The position numbers were made by a program, and so were the translations under genes. From IMG/VR virus record IMGVR_UViG_3300045988_174170: a stretch of 64,000 nt of DNA. One strand, 5' to 3'. The notes beneath the pieces are model-generated. The model worked only from the letters and a program-made list of their open reading frames with translations. It was not told where the DNA came from and did no database searches. This stretch comes from a virus. Below are positions 26,379 to 36,884 of the stretch, piece by piece; the first letter of the stretch is position 1; the number at the start of each line of letters is the position of its first letter.

Positions 26379-26876
26379 ATGATGCAGTCCACCACCAACA
26401 CCACCGTAGCGGCAATCGTTGAGCGTATCGGCGCTGAACCCCTGTACGGCATGAAGAAGCTTGAAATTGAAATCCGCGCAATGGTAGAGGTTGCCACTCA
26501 GGAACAGAAGGCACAGCTCAACAAGGAAATTGACGCATACCGCAACAACTTCCTGGAAGCGCTCAATGGCGACACCTTCAACGACGAAGCGGGTAACCGT
26601 AGCCTGGAATTTTCCGCCCTGATGAGCAAGCTGACCACCTTTGCCGACGGAATCGCTATCTATTGCGAGGTAGCAACCGAAGACGTAAAGGAAAGCTTCA
26701 ACGGCGACTTTGACGAAATGCCCTATATCCAGCACGGCATCACCGACAAGGAAGAAATGAAGAAGATTCGCCTCGAGGAAGCCCTGAACGCATTTACCAA
26801 CGTGTGCAGTGGATTCATGCGCAAGCACGAATGCTTCACCGCCGAGTGGGATAACCTGATGCTCAAGTTCAACTAG
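26379..26876 (+). CDS. hypothetical protein, paralog family I
   Basis: 165 aa, paralog of 56519..56986 (NGDF...PY.....E...K..R...A..F). Confidence 0.7.
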   Translation: MMQSTTNTTVAAIVERIGAEPLYGMKKLEIEIRAMVEVATQEQKAQLNKEIDAYRNNFLEALNGDTFNDEAGNRSLEFSALMSKLTTFADGIAIYCEVATEDVKESFNGDFDEMPYIQHGITDKEEMKKIRLEEALNAFTNVCSGFMRKHECFTAEWDNLMLKFN

Positions 26877-26980
26877 CCACCCCGGTAGCCGTGCCCCTAG
26901 TGATAACCAACTAGGGGCACGGCGCGCACCCCATTCTGACACTACCCCCCCCGGATAACCCCTAGCGAAAGGATAAAACA

Positions 26981-27379
26981 ATGTCTCACTATCACATAGA
27001 ATACGCTTTCCCTGAAAATCACTCAATGCCCATTATTGCGAAAACCATCCGCGACATTGAAAGCAATCACTTCGTTCCAAAAGAGCACATTGCGCCAGTA
27101 GACGAGGTACACGAGATTGATGACACCTATACTGCAATCGGTATTGATGGTGAATGGTTCCATATTGCGGCGTATGAGTTTGAGCGTGTTCTATCCCTTA
27201 AAGGTGAGCGTAAAGACCCATACCGCTCTGTAAATGTTTTCGAGGATGAGTATATTCAGTACTGTGCTGGTGAATGTGAACACGGCGGGGAATGTCCAGC
27301 CACAGCCGGTGCCAAACCCCCGAAGGGGTGGGTTATGCTCACTGAAATCATTAAGGCGCTCGGATACAAGGAGATGTAA
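26981..27379 (+). CDS. hypothetical protein
   Basis: 132 aa, GAAAGGA RBS. Confidence 0.6.
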   Translation: MSHYHIEYAFPENHSMPIIAKTIRDIESNHFVPKEHIAPVDEVHEIDDTYTAIGIDGEWFHIAAYEFERVLSLKGERKDPYRSVNVFEDEYIQYCAGECEHGGECPATAGAKPPKGWVMLTEIIKALGYKEM

Positions 27380-27471
27380 CCACACATACCTAAATCCGTA
27401 GACTCTAAGCCCTACCCCTGGCAAATCGCCAATAGGAGGTTTTCCCTATGCGCCCTACCCCCTAACCCTTA

Positions 27472-27526
27472 TGTGAGCTAATTCACATGGTTTCAAGTTG
27501 CATACGCCGTTAGAGCGTGTCATAAT
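27472..27526 (+). promoter_or_regulatory. cassette promoter C8
   Basis: Perfect TGTGAgctaatTCACA, TTGCAT, TGtCATAAT. Confidence 0.6.
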
Positions 27527-27595
27527 AGTTATATAAGCAAGGGGGAAACCCTCTAGCAATAAGTTCACCATCTATCTACCGAAAGGTTGAATACT

Positions 27596-27916
27596 ATGTC
27601 TCTTGCTACTTTTACTTTTGAAATGCCCCTCGAGGAACTTGATGAGGTTGCACCTCACCGCAACTACGAATACCCTGGTTGTTGTGAACTTATTGTTGAG
27701 GGTGTTGAATTTAATGACCATGACCACACCCTGACTCTCACCCTGGGCAATGACCACGGTAGCCGCGATGTAGACGCTCAGCCTAAAGATGTAGAAGACT
27801 TTGAAGCTCTTAGGGCACGCTACGAAGGCGAAGAAATCCCTGAGTACTACCTGTTTGAAAAGTCGGCTGTCTGGGACGTAGACCCCGAAGAAGGTTACGT
27901 AAAGTTCAACGTCTAA
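27596..27916 (+). CDS. hypothetical acidic protein
   Basis: Track 27587 (TTG). The ATG at 27596 follows GAAAGG. Confidence 0.7.
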   Translation: MSLATFTFEMPLEELDEVAPHRNYEYPGCCELIVEGVEFNDHDHTLTLTLGNDHGSRDVDAQPKDVEDFEALRARYEGEEIPEYYLFEKSAVWDVDPEEGYVKFNV

Positions 27917-27989
27917 AACATGCATACAAACCCCCTCTACGGGCTTCCTAGAGGGGGTTTAGCACCTACCATAAGGAAAGAAGAGTAAC

Positions 27990-28778
27990 ATGTCTACTAC
28001 CGAATACGTTTACGCTCAAGCTGGAACCCCTAAGCTGTGCTGGGATATTACCCCCGGCGACAAGGTGCGCCTACTAATTCCCGCCCGGTTTGGCGGGGGC
28101 GCAATCGAAGGCACCTATGGGTGTGAAATTAACACTGACCAAGGCGTTATCTATAGGCGCGGTGACATGGTGACCGATAACGCGGGACAGGTCTACAACT
28201 TCCTAGAGCTACTGGCATACTGGAATAGTACCGCCCTGCGTTCAATGGTAGTTAAGAGTGGCTTTGCCACCCTTGGAGACATTGCACGCCGCCCCGCCGA
28301 TACCCCGTCGAACCAGGACTATGACGTTACCGGCAACTTCCTAGAGAACCCACCTGTAGAGCCTGAAAGCATCACAGAGGTCATGGCACGCATTGGGGTA
28401 CGTTTCACCTTTGGTGGTACTGGAAGCGACCAGCAAGATAAGCTTGAATATCAGCTACGAATCACCCCCAGCATTAGCACCCTCACCTATGAAGAGTGCG
28501 AATACTACAGCGGCGCAGTCGTACCGGAAGACCCGCTATCGTTCATTCCAGACCTAAAGGAAGACACCCGCCCCATAACCGACCGCGACATCAAGGGGCT
28601 CTACCCTGTACCTACCGACAATGACAAGGTGAATAACAGCCAGGTCATTAGCCCCCGCAAACAGGAACAGGTCATGCGTGAAATCAGTGCATACAAGGCA
28701 CACCTAGACGAAATGGCGCTAGATAATGATGAATCGCACCGGGTAGACCCGAACGACCCCTGGGGCAACTACCTTTAA
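27990..28778 (+). CDS. hypothetical protein
   Basis: 262 aa, AAGGAAAGAAGAG RBS. Confidence 0.6.
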   Translation: MSTTEYVYAQAGTPKLCWDITPGDKVRLLIPARFGGGAIEGTYGCEINTDQGVIYRRGDMVTDNAGQVYNFLELLAYWNSTALRSMVVKSGFATLGDIARRPADTPSNQDYDVTGNFLENPPVEPESITEVMARIGVRFTFGGTGSDQQDKLEYQLRITPSISTLTYEECEYYSGAVVPEDPLSFIPDLKEDTRPITDRDIKGLYPVPTDNDKVNNSQVISPRKQEQVMREISAYKAHLDEMALDNDESHRVDPNDPWGNYL

Positions 28779-28791
28779 AGCACTTGAAAGG

Positions 28792-28799
28792 TACGTGTA
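28792..28799 (+). promoter_or_regulatory. extended -10 TGTATAAT promoter
   Basis: gtacgTGTATAATgtt, 45 nt upstream of 28844. Confidence 0.4.
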
Positions 28800-28843
28800 T
28801 AATGTTAGCTGTACCCCCCCTATCTGAAAGGTAGACACTTATT

Positions 28844-29245
28844 ATGTTTGTGGATATTCTAAACAGCTTCCAGCCCGTCCAGTTCTTCATGGATTCCCCT
28901 ATATGGGTTACCGTTGTTGTGTTTGGTGTTATTGGTATTTTTAGGAAAGTCCTTACTGTCAGCATAATGGTGGGTGTTGAGCAAGCTATCGAAGAAATTG
29001 ACAAAGGTGAACCGGTGGACGGTATTGCTGGTGCGCTTGTTACGTTAATTACGGCTTTCATTGTGGCTATTATTAACGCTATCTACCTTTTTTCCCTTGG
29101 TTATGTATCACTCTCGGTACTGACACATAAGGGCGTAGATAATGGTTTCCCTGTAGCGGCTGGACTGTGCATTATTGTGCTCTTGTCATGGGGTTTATCG
29201 GCTCTTGCTTACAAGGTTATTGCTAAGCTTCGTAAGAAGCCCTAA
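28844..29245 (+). CDS. membrane protein, paralog family G
   Basis: 133 aa. N-terminus MFVDILNSF matches MFVDFVNMF (58750) and MYVEFVNMF (60579). Confidence 0.65.
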   Translation: MFVDILNSFQPVQFFMDSPIWVTVVVFGVIGIFRKVLTVSIMVGVEQAIEEIDKGEPVDGIAGALVTLITAFIVAIINAIYLFSLGYVSLSVLTHKGVDNGFPVAAGLCIIVLLSWGLSALAYKVIAKLRKKP

Positions 29246-29285
29246 AGCGCCCATATACCCCTAATAGGGATACCCATAACCCCTT

Positions 29286-29340
29286 TGTGACTCAATTCAC
29301 ACGTTTTTGAGTTGCAAGGGGGTTATAAGTGTGTCATAAT
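29286..29340 (+). promoter_or_regulatory. cassette promoter C9
   Basis: Perfect TGTGActcaatTCACA, TTGCAA, TGtCATAAT. Confidence 0.6.
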
Positions 29341-29413
29341 AGAAATGTAGCAAGGGGATAACCCCTAAAGCTACAGGTTTTGTTTATTGTTTCTCTACTG
29401 AGAGGTGTTTATC

Positions 29414-29785
29414 ATGTCGGTTACTTTCGAGGCTCTGATTGCTGATTACAAGTCCTTTAAGGACGACGCTAGTGAGTTCGGTTTCGCCGCCCTGAGCGCC
29501 CCCAACGCCCTGTCGGTAAACCACATCAGCCTTGCAGGTACTATGCTTCACCTTGCACGCCAGGCTAACGAAGCTATCGCAAACCTGGAGGCTGTCGGTG
29601 ACAAGGAAGGCGCAAAGGAATTTGCCGCCCTCATGCTCGAAGGTGCAAAGCGTAGCATGGCACTGTCCATTATTGACCTGCGCACCCGTACCGAGTTTGC
29701 CCCCGAAAAGCTGGAACAGCTGGAAGGTATCGCGGCAAAGTACCACGCATACCTCACCGACGAAGATTACGAGGGCGACTTCTAA
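29414..29785 (+). CDS. hypothetical protein
   Basis: Track 29405 (GTG). The ATG at 29414 is 9 nt after GAGAGG. Confidence 0.65.
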   Translation: MSVTFEALIADYKSFKDDASEFGFAALSAPNALSVNHISLAGTMLHLARQANEAIANLEAVGDKEGAKEFAALMLEGAKRSMALSIIDLRTRTEFAPEKLEQLEGIAAKYHAYLTDEDYEGDF

Positions 29786-29896
29786 GACTAGTCACCCCTA
29801 GCACCCGCCCCGCTACCCACACTGTAGCGGGGTTAGGGTATACAACCACCACCACGCGAACCACGCCCTATAGGAAGCCACGAAAGGACACCACGC

Positions 29897-30379
29897 ATGA
29901 GCAAGAATCAGAGCCCCGAAATGGACACCGGCGACAAAATCACGTTCGCTTTCCTATTCGGATTCCCCCTTCTACTTCTCATCATTTTCATTGCCGGTTT
30001 GCTGATTACCCGTGAATCTATCCCGAACTATTGCCACATCAACCAACAAACCACCGACACGCCCATCGAGACGCGAAACTACAAGCCGTCTAGGTCATGG
30101 AGCACCCACGAATGGGGTTGGTGCTTCAACCCCACCAAAGCCACCTATGAGGGGTGCTGGAAGGACGAAGACCACTACGAACCGGCAACCTTTGAATGGC
30201 GCTACGTAGGAACCGAAGACTGGGCTAAGGAAACCCGCGAACCCGCCGGAACCGACAATGAGCACCCGTACCGCCGTGTCACCGAATACGACGTACAGAT
30301 TTGCGACGGACGCTCACAGCACGCGGACAAGAACGGGCAGATTGAATCCCACCAGGTATCCGTAAGCTACTACATCTAA
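29897..30379 (+). CDS. membrane-anchored protein, paralog family F (Cys/Trp motif)
   Basis: 160 aa with an N-terminal TM. Motif 'FEWRY...W......HPY.R.T.YD.Q.CD.R.QHA..NG.I..H' shared with 42209, 48296 and 54079. Confidence 0.7.
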   Translation: MSKNQSPEMDTGDKITFAFLFGFPLLLLIIFIAGLLITRESIPNYCHINQQTTDTPIETRNYKPSRSWSTHEWGWCFNPTKATYEGCWKDEDHYEPATFEWRYVGTEDWAKETREPAGTDNEHPYRRVTEYDVQICDGRSQHADKNGQIESHQVSVSYYI

Positions 30380-30449
30380 CTACCCATCTACCCCCCGGTT
30401 GCTAACCGTGACCTGGGGGGGTAACCCCTAACCCGAAAGGAACCCCATA

Positions 30450-30884
30450 ATGTTCATTCCACAGAAGAAATACGAATACACCCGCACCTGGGAAGAAGTA
30501 CACGCCTTCCAAAGCGCCCTATGGAGTACGGAGAAGTCCAAGGCTGAACGCATGGCGGAATACCGCGCCGCCGGTGGTAAGATTCTTCTCGCATGGGAAT
30601 TTGATGCCGATTTCAGCCTCATTATCGAAGATAGCGATACCAATGTTAATGATGGTTACGAATCACAGTACAGCTACAAGCTAAACCTAATGGTGCCATA
30701 CCTTGAGGGTGAAGACCCCTGCACCGGATTCATGACCCTAGAGGGCAACACTGAATATTTCGACTGGGAGCACTACACCTTCAAGGCATCTATGCCCGGC
30801 AACCCCTTCGAGGAAGCCGAAAACGAACTACTAGCAAAGTATGGACTCACCAAAGAAGATGTAGATTACTACCAGAGCTTCTAA
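30450..30884 (+). CDS. hypothetical protein
   Basis: 144 aa, GAAAGGAA RBS. Confidence 0.65.
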   Translation: MFIPQKKYEYTRTWEEVHAFQSALWSTEKSKAERMAEYRAAGGKILLAWEFDADFSLIIEDSDTNVNDGYESQYSYKLNLMVPYLEGEDPCTGFMTLEGNTEYFDWEHYTFKASMPGNPFEEAENELLAKYGLTKEDVDYYQSF

Positions 30885-30918
30885 ACTAAACCACCAACAG
30901 AAAGGGGCTTACCCGCCC

Positions 30919-31590
30919 ATGCAACGAAATATTGACTGGCTAACTAATGTACTAGACCATGACATTAAAGAGCTCAAGGAAACGCTAGAAACCATACTAG
31001 CCCTTCGCGCCGAGGAAGAAAGCTACCATGTTGTGACTAATCAGCACGCCGCCGGTAAGCGTGAAGAACAGGGCGCACTTTTGGAGCGCGTCAAGAATCT
31101 AGCTGAGTACACCCATAAGGTATGTGTACGCCGCAATGAAGTATGTGCCGCCGAAATTGCGAGGGTGACTCATAATGTGACTAGTGAGCCGTCTATCGCG
31201 GGCGTGGAGTGGGTGCCTGTCAGTTTCCATATGGAGTTTCAGTCACCCGAAGATGCGCACCGCATCTTTCACCTGTGGGCAAATATGCGCACCTTCACCC
31301 TGGAAGATTTTACGCACCCGGAGACTGTGAACACAGCTTCACGTCTCTATTGTGCTACCTTTAAGATTCCGGCTATCAATGACGGATTCACGCAGGCACC
31401 GGAGCGGCTGTTCTACGGCTGGACTACATGCCAGGCATCAGGTGGCTCCCTCGAATGGCTTAATGGCGCTAACGGCGGCATGGTTGATGGTGTGCCATGC
31501 ATTATCTCTGACATTTTCCGTCGCGAAGGTAAAGGAAATGATACCGACATGGTTGTAGATGCGCTAGTTCCTACACACCCCAAATACTAA
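30919..31590 (+). CDS. hypothetical protein
   Basis: 223 aa, GAAAGGGG RBS with 13-nt spacing. Confidence 0.55.
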   Translation: MQRNIDWLTNVLDHDIKELKETLETILALRAEEESYHVVTNQHAAGKREEQGALLERVKNLAEYTHKVCVRRNEVCAAEIARVTHNVTSEPSIAGVEWVPVSFHMEFQSPEDAHRIFHLWANMRTFTLEDFTHPETVNTASRLYCATFKIPAINDGFTQAPERLFYGWTTCQASGGSLEWLNGANGGMVDGVPCIISDIFRREGKGNDTDMVVDALVPTHPKY

Positions 31591-31613
31591 GGGAATATAC
31601 CCAATAACCCCTA

Positions 31614-31668
31614 TGTGAGCTATTTCATATGATTCTGGCTTGCATAGGGGTTATTGGTGTGTCATAAT
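31614..31668 (+). promoter_or_regulatory. cassette promoter C10
   Basis: TGTGAgctattTCAtA, TTGCAT, TGtCATAAT. Confidence 0.6.
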
Positions 31669-31731
31669 GGTTATATACAGAAGGGGTAACCCTTGAAGTT
31701 AGTTCCATTATTTACCGAAAGGGGCTTTATT

Positions 31732-32040
31732 ATGATTCAGGAACTTCTGGCAAAGTCAGGGGAGCTTGTTCGGTGTACCGAAAAGCTGGATAAGCTTGCA
31801 GGTGTTGCCAATGGTTTTGCGGGTGCCATGCGTTTCATTGGTGACATGGAGCGCTCTAGTGAAGCCCGGAATCTCTATAAGGAAATTTGCGCTAAACGTA
31901 ATCATTGCAAGGCTCTTACTGCTTGGTACTATTCTTCCGATGTGCGTATGCGCAAAATTGAAGACCTGGATATTCGGGCTATCGAAGAAACTATAGAAGA
32001 GTATCGAAGCCAGCTAACCGCCCTTATCGAGGGAAAGTAG
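31732..32040 (+). CDS. hypothetical protein
   Basis: Track 31693 (TTG inside the leader). The ATG at 31732 follows GAAAGGGG. Confidence 0.65.
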   Translation: MIQELLAKSGELVRCTEKLDKLAGVANGFAGAMRFIGDMERSSEARNLYKEICAKRNHCKALTAWYYSSDVRMRKIEDLDIRAIEETIEEYRSQLTALIEGK

Positions 32041-32056
32041 CATACTCTCAATTCAG

Positions 32057-32111
32057 TGTGACTAGGTTCACATGAATCTGGCTTGCATACCCGGCTAGGG
32101 TGTGCCATAAT
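32057..32111 (+). promoter_or_regulatory. cassette promoter C11
   Basis: Perfect TGTGActaggtTCACA, TTGCAT, TGcCATAAT. Confidence 0.6.
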
Positions 32112-32172
32112 AGAAGTATAGCAAGGGAAAACCCTTAAAGCTACTTCCACTATCTACCGAAAGGCGCTAATC

Positions 32173-32538
32173 ATGGCTAACATTATGAACCCCTTCAACC
32201 GTAAGGTAATCCTCGAAGACGTGAACATTGGCGACTCACTCAAGTTTGTGTACGTCGGTGATAATGGTGAGCTTGTCAAGCACGACGACTATATTGCCGC
32301 CTACGATTCGTTTGCCGGTGCGCGCCTTGAAAACTGTGAAGGTAAGCTTATGGGTTACCTCAAGGTTGCCGAGTTCACTACCGAATGTGAAGAGTGCATG
32401 AGTGAAGATGACGAAGTTCACGCAATGGTCTGTGATGGTAACTACGTAATCGACGGTATGCGCTACATTGACGCTAAGGGGCGCGATTGGGGTCAGGCAT
32501 TTAACCTGCACGTATCCAGCAAGGTAACCTGTCTCTAA
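32173..32538 (+). CDS. hypothetical Cys-rich small protein
   Basis: 121 aa with CEGK...CEEC...C. Cassette leader. Confidence 0.7.
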   Translation: MANIMNPFNRKVILEDVNIGDSLKFVYVGDNGELVKHDDYIAAYDSFAGARLENCEGKLMGYLKVAEFTTECEECMSEDDEVHAMVCDGNYVIDGMRYIDAKGRDWGQAFNLHVSSKVTCL

Positions 32539-32635
32539 GTCCACAGCCTCTGCCCTATCCCCTAGAGTAGCTTCTAGGGGGTAGGGGTAACCCCACACAA
32601 CTACCCCCTATTCCTGGAAGGAACCTAGACCTATT

Positions 32636-33826
32636 ATGCGACCTATTGACTTTGCAAACCTGAACCCCGGCGACATTCTCATTGCTGACACCTTCGACTC
32701 TGAGGTTATGTTTTTTGACTTGTACTATCAGTACCGTTACCGCCTGTTTGTTGTAGAATCTTGCAACAAGGTAGATAATGCCTTTATCGTGTCGGTAGGT
32801 GGCCGTGGGTACCGTAACGTTGTTACCAAGCATGACGACGAATATGTTATTACCAGTATGCTGAATGGAAACTCTGTATTCGTCGCTAACGGTGCTATCT
32901 ACCACTACACTGCCGAGGAAGCTGAAGCCGCTAACCTGTATGAGCGCGCTGAGGCGCAGGAAGACTTGCGTGACTTTGTGTGCCGGAGTGGTGGTCGCAA
33001 TGCCCCTAAGAGCCTTGAAGAGGTGTTTGATAACCTGTATGCTCAGCATGTCCCGAATAATGACCATGCACTAACTAGCGTTGTAAACAATGAGACGGCG
33101 CGCGCTATCATGGGTGAAGTTGTTCGCGGCGGTATCAATATTGCCCGTGACCTTCTGGAGGAAGACCTCAAGAAGATTGATGAGCTTATCCAGGAAGCAA
33201 AGGAAGCCCGTAACAAGATTAACCAGCTCGCTACCGAGAATACTGTTGCCCTCCAGCCGAACAGTGAAGTCGCTATCTTCGTTAATCCGACCATTCCCAA
33301 GCCGTTCGATAACCTGCTCATCACTGGAACCGCAATCACTGAAGACGGTACCGAATATCTTGTTAGCCGCATGGATGAGAGCCGCGCATACGTGACCGAC
33401 CCGGCAACCGGTAAGGAAGTAGGATACCTGGCTGTAGATTCTCATGACCACCCCGACCTGCACTTCAACAATGGCGATAAGGTAAGTTTTTACGAGTCCG
33501 CACGCGCATACCCCGCCGTATCCATTGAGGACATTGAAGCCCGTAAGGAACTTACCGAACAGGTAAAGGTTATCTTTACCGCCTTTTGGGAGCCGTTGAA
33601 GAAGGCTAAGAAGGAAATGAATTACCCTGTTGATACCTGGGGTCACCCTATGCGTCAGATTGATAGTGGGTGGGATGAGCGTGGTAATAACACTATCTCT
33701 AACATTCTTCCCCTGGCAACCCACCGTGTGTCACAGTTGAAGACGGCGCGCCGCGAACTTATCAAGCAGGCGAACGGATACATCGCTCAGCTTGAAGAGT
33801 ACTACGAGCTGGCACATGGCGAGTAA
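32636..33826 (+). CDS. hypothetical protein with N-terminal 'NPGDILIA' motif and central coiled coil
   Basis: 396 aa, GGAAGGAA RBS. Confidence 0.6.
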   Translation: MRPIDFANLNPGDILIADTFDSEVMFFDLYYQYRYRLFVVESCNKVDNAFIVSVGGRGYRNVVTKHDDEYVITSMLNGNSVFVANGAIYHYTAEEAEAANLYERAEAQEDLRDFVCRSGGRNAPKSLEEVFDNLYAQHVPNNDHALTSVVNNETARAIMGEVVRGGINIARDLLEEDLKKIDELIQEAKEARNKINQLATENTVALQPNSEVAIFVNPTIPKPFDNLLITGTAITEDGTEYLVSRMDESRAYVTDPATGKEVGYLAVDSHDHPDLHFNNGDKVSFYESARAYPAVSIEDIEARKELTEQVKVIFTAFWEPLKKAKKEMNYPVDTWGHPMRQIDSGWDERGNNTISNILPLATHRVSQLKTARRELIKQANGYIAQLEEYYELAHGE

Positions 33827-33921
33827 CTAGCCCCCCTATTCATGTACCCCCTGGAAGAGTCCCTAGAGCCTTCTAGGGGGTATAGGTGGGTAGCGCCCCT
33901 GGCTAGACCCTCAATATTAAA

Positions 33922-33976
33922 TGTGACCTATTTCACGCCATTTCAGTTTGCACACCTCTAAAAGGTGTGTCATAAT
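33922..33976 (+). promoter_or_regulatory. cassette promoter C12
   Basis: TGTGAcctattTCACg, TTGCAC, TGtCATAAT. Confidence 0.55.
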
Positions 33977-34056
33977 AGAAGTGTAGCGAGGAAGTGATAG
34001 ATAACTTCCATAAGGCACTAAGCCCGCTACGATAGATTCCCTGAAAGGAATACCTA

Positions 34057-34434
34057 ATGTTTACTGCTATTTCCCGTGGCGACCACCGACTCAACGACCG
34101 CCTGATTGACCTTCGACAGGTTGAAGACGTGAAGCGTCTCGAAGTCATTGCCTGCGGCGACATGGCAACCACCGGTAAGTTTGCAAAGATGCTGGAGCCT
34201 AAAATCCGCATTGAAGACATTGATACCGAAAGTGAAGAAGACGCAGTACGAGCTGAACTTACCATCTTCGACCCTGAGACTAATGCCTACTATGACTTTA
34301 TCGCCGTTGAAGACATTGACAGCTCTATCGGTCAGTTCCTTATCAACGGGGAATACGGCGAATTTACTGTACTTCTTATGGTGGTAAATGAAACCGACGA
34401 GGATGCCGTCATCTACCTCACCACCACCAACTAG
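34057..34434 (+). CDS. hypothetical acidic protein
   Basis: 125 aa, GAAAGGAA RBS. Confidence 0.7.
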   Translation: MFTAISRGDHRLNDRLIDLRQVEDVKRLEVIACGDMATTGKFAKMLEPKIRIEDIDTESEEDAVRAELTIFDPETNAYYDFIAVEDIDSSIGQFLINGEYGEFTVLLMVVNETDEDAVIYLTTTN

Positions 34435-34552
34435 GCATAACCGCTAAGGTACCCCTAAGCTTGAGGGGGGGGGTGCATAATCCCACCCCCTCAAGCCCCC
34501 TAACCAACACCCCATTACCCCTAATATCTATTACACGAAGGAAATAACACAC

Positions 34553-35083
34553 ATGGCTAACAGCACCCTGGCACACCAGACCTTTTTCGCAAACCGCTAC
34601 GCCGACACTGAAGCCGGTATGCGTGACCTCCCCGCCGGTGAATACTACATTGAGCTTATTGATGAAGTAGTAGACGCTAAGACCCTAGAGGAACAGCTCT
34701 CGACCATTGGAGACACTACCGTAGTTCGAGTACCGTTCGAGGTCTTTAAGTGCATGAAGCCCCTGTACAGCCTGTACAACGACATGTACGACATTCACCG
34801 CGCACACAAGCACCTGAACCTCAACAGCGAACAGGAAATTCCCCTGCGCGTATATGGTCACCTCAAGCAGGAATACCTCTACGAGTACTCTCTGGCTCTC
34901 ATGACCGACATTGACGGCTGGATGGACATTACCCGCTTCACTATCCCCCGTCCCACCAGTGACGAGCAGGAGGCGGCAATGGAAAAGGTTGCCGGTAAGT
35001 ACCGCTACATGCGCCTGGGTGCCATTGTAGATAATCGTGAAACCATTGACTTCTACTTCACCAACGAGCCCGCCGGTGCCTAG
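34553..35083 (+). CDS. hypothetical protein
   Basis: 176 aa, GAAGGAAA RBS, followed by terminator CCCTAGC-aatccac-GCTAGGG. Confidence 0.6.
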   Translation: MANSTLAHQTFFANRYADTEAGMRDLPAGEYYIELIDEVVDAKTLEEQLSTIGDTTVVRVPFEVFKCMKPLYSLYNDMYDIHRAHKHLNLNSEQEIPLRVYGHLKQEYLYEYSLALMTDIDGWMDITRFTIPRPTSDEQEAAMEKVAGKYRYMRLGAIVDNRETIDFYFTNEPAGA

Positions 35084-35321
35084 TTAGCCCACCTATAAGT
35101 AATAGGCATTATATAGATTTCTCACCCAACCCCAAACCCCCTAGCAATCCACAGCTAGGGGGTTTATCCATGCCCACTAAAATAACCAGCCACACCACAC
35201 TACAATCCACCATGTGCTACACTAGAAACACAAAAGGCAACCCAACACGCCAAACCCGGCAACACATAAGGGGAAGCCCTATAACCCCACATATACCCCT
35301 ACAAGAAAGGCATATAAAGCA

Positions 35322-36692
35322 TTGGGTAACGAACCAGTCACAAAAGACCCACCAAAGTACACCGACACCATGACCGAAAAGGTCACCACGCCACCACTCG
35401 ACCCGGTAACCAACAGGCGAAACCGTGAAAACGTCGTAACCGTCATTACTAGCATCGTCTTCATTGCTTCACTCGCTGGGGGTATCACCTACAGGGCGCT
35501 AAACCCCGAACTGACAGCCAATAGCTTCTATACACTGACGCTACTAAACGCTATCGGCATAATCTCAGGTGCCGCCGCCCTTGTCGGACTCACCCTCAAC
35601 TTTAAAACAAGTAAAGAGCTTAATATTTGCCAGTGGGAAATTTCCCCCTACCTGTACCCAAAAAACCTCCGTTCCGTCCTACTAGGAAGCCAGGAAGAGA
35701 TTACATTCAAGGTAAAGGCAACACAGCCCACCGATAGGAACCCCCTAGCCCCCTGGATTTCAAACCAAGACGGCAACGTAGTTCTAGACGTACAGAACGA
35801 CAAGCACGGTGAAGGCACCCTAGTTATTCACCCCGCCGACATCTACGAAGTCACATTTGACCTACTCGAAGGCAACGAACCGCAACTAGTTGGATACGCC
35901 TCAGAATGGCGATACGACACCCGTAGCGTTTGCTGGCATCTACACCTACCCGCAAGCTACCGCAAGCACTACAGCGCCGCTTTCGGTGAAAGGGCAAAGG
36001 GTAAAGAGCTATTCAACAGCAAGATAACCCTACAGGATAAGGCCCTATCCTACAAGGGAGACATTTACCCCTATACGCTAGGTAAGCCCAAGGATAGGCT
36101 ATCGCACAGGCTAAGCCCTAAAGCATTTGGCGGCTACGGGGCATTGCTTCTTGTAGCTGGAGTATTTGGCGGCACATCCCTAACGCTTGCTATAGACGCT
36201 CTCGCAAACCTGCGTTTTGGTGACGCATTTTTCCCTCTCCTACTTGCTGTAGGCTGTGTTTTCATGGCTGTAACGTTTGTATCCTTTACCTTAGGGGAAG
36301 CTTGGATTAATAGGGTAACCCCCCTCAAGGATTATTCTGAGATGTGGGACTGGTCATCTATGGGTCTTCCTAAGAATTTCAAGGAAGAACTAAAGTACCG
36401 TTCCCGCTCGATTGTCCTGCCGCTTATCCCATTCGGTAAAGACGGTAGCAAGTATGCAGACTGGATTCAGAGCCGCCCCACTCAAGATGCGGACGGTAAG
36501 AGCAAGAGCGTGGTAGGTGTGTATCTACCGCGCGGCGAGTATGGTCTTATTGAGATTCCCGATAAGACGAAAATCAAGTACGAACACCTAAAGTATCCAA
36601 CAGATGCCCCCTGGGTTTCCTTGGAAGTCAGCCCCGAGATTGAAGAGCCATACAGTGCTACTATCCACCTACCGAGTAGTGTTCTAGAATAG
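35322..36692 (+). CDS. multi-pass membrane protein (456 aa)
   Basis: TTG start 11 nt after GAAAGG (alternative ATG at 35370). At least 4 TM segments. Followed by terminator 36703..36755. Confidence 0.5.
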   Translation: MGNEPVTKDPPKYTDTMTEKVTTPPLDPVTNRRNRENVVTVITSIVFIASLAGGITYRALNPELTANSFYTLTLLNAIGIISGAAALVGLTLNFKTSKELNICQWEISPYLYPKNLRSVLLGSQEEITFKVKATQPTDRNPLAPWISNQDGNVVLDVQNDKHGEGTLVIHPADIYEVTFDLLEGNEPQLVGYASEWRYDTRSVCWHLHLPASYRKHYSAAFGERAKGKELFNSKITLQDKALSYKGDIYPYTLGKPKDRLSHRLSPKAFGGYGALLLVAGVFGGTSLTLAIDALANLRFGDAFFPLLLAVGCVFMAVTFVSFTLGEAWINRVTPLKDYSEMWDWSSMGLPKNFKEELKYRSRSIVLPLIPFGKDGSKYADWIQSRPTQDADGKSKSVVGVYLPRGEYGLIEIPDKTKIKYEHLKYPTDAPWVSLEVSPEIEEPYSATIHLPSSVLE

Positions 36693-36761
36693 GCATTGTG
36701 GTAACCTGAAATACCCTAGATAGTTTGTGAATCATCAAGTTATCTAGGGTATTTTTGTGTA

Positions 36762-36817
36762 TGTGACCTATTTCATATTATTTTGACTTGCAACCCCATG
36801 CTCAGGTGTGCCATAAT
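36762..36817 (+). promoter_or_regulatory. cassette promoter C13
   Basis: TGTGAcctattTCAtA, TTGCAA, 18-nt spacer, TGcCATAAT. Confidence 0.55.
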
Positions 36818-36884
36818 AGAAGTACAGCAAGGGGAGAACCCCTAAAGCTACTTCTACCATCTACCTATTGAAAGGGTTTCAATT

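Noticed and set aside
26313-27026. Long minus-strand ORFs antisense to cassette genes (26313..27026, 33071..33724, 32555..33067, 55243..55767, 45525..46019, 62541..63014, 51767..52279)
   Set aside because: They overlap + strand genes that have cassette promoters, SD sequences, terminators and paralogs. They have no promoter or RBS of their own.
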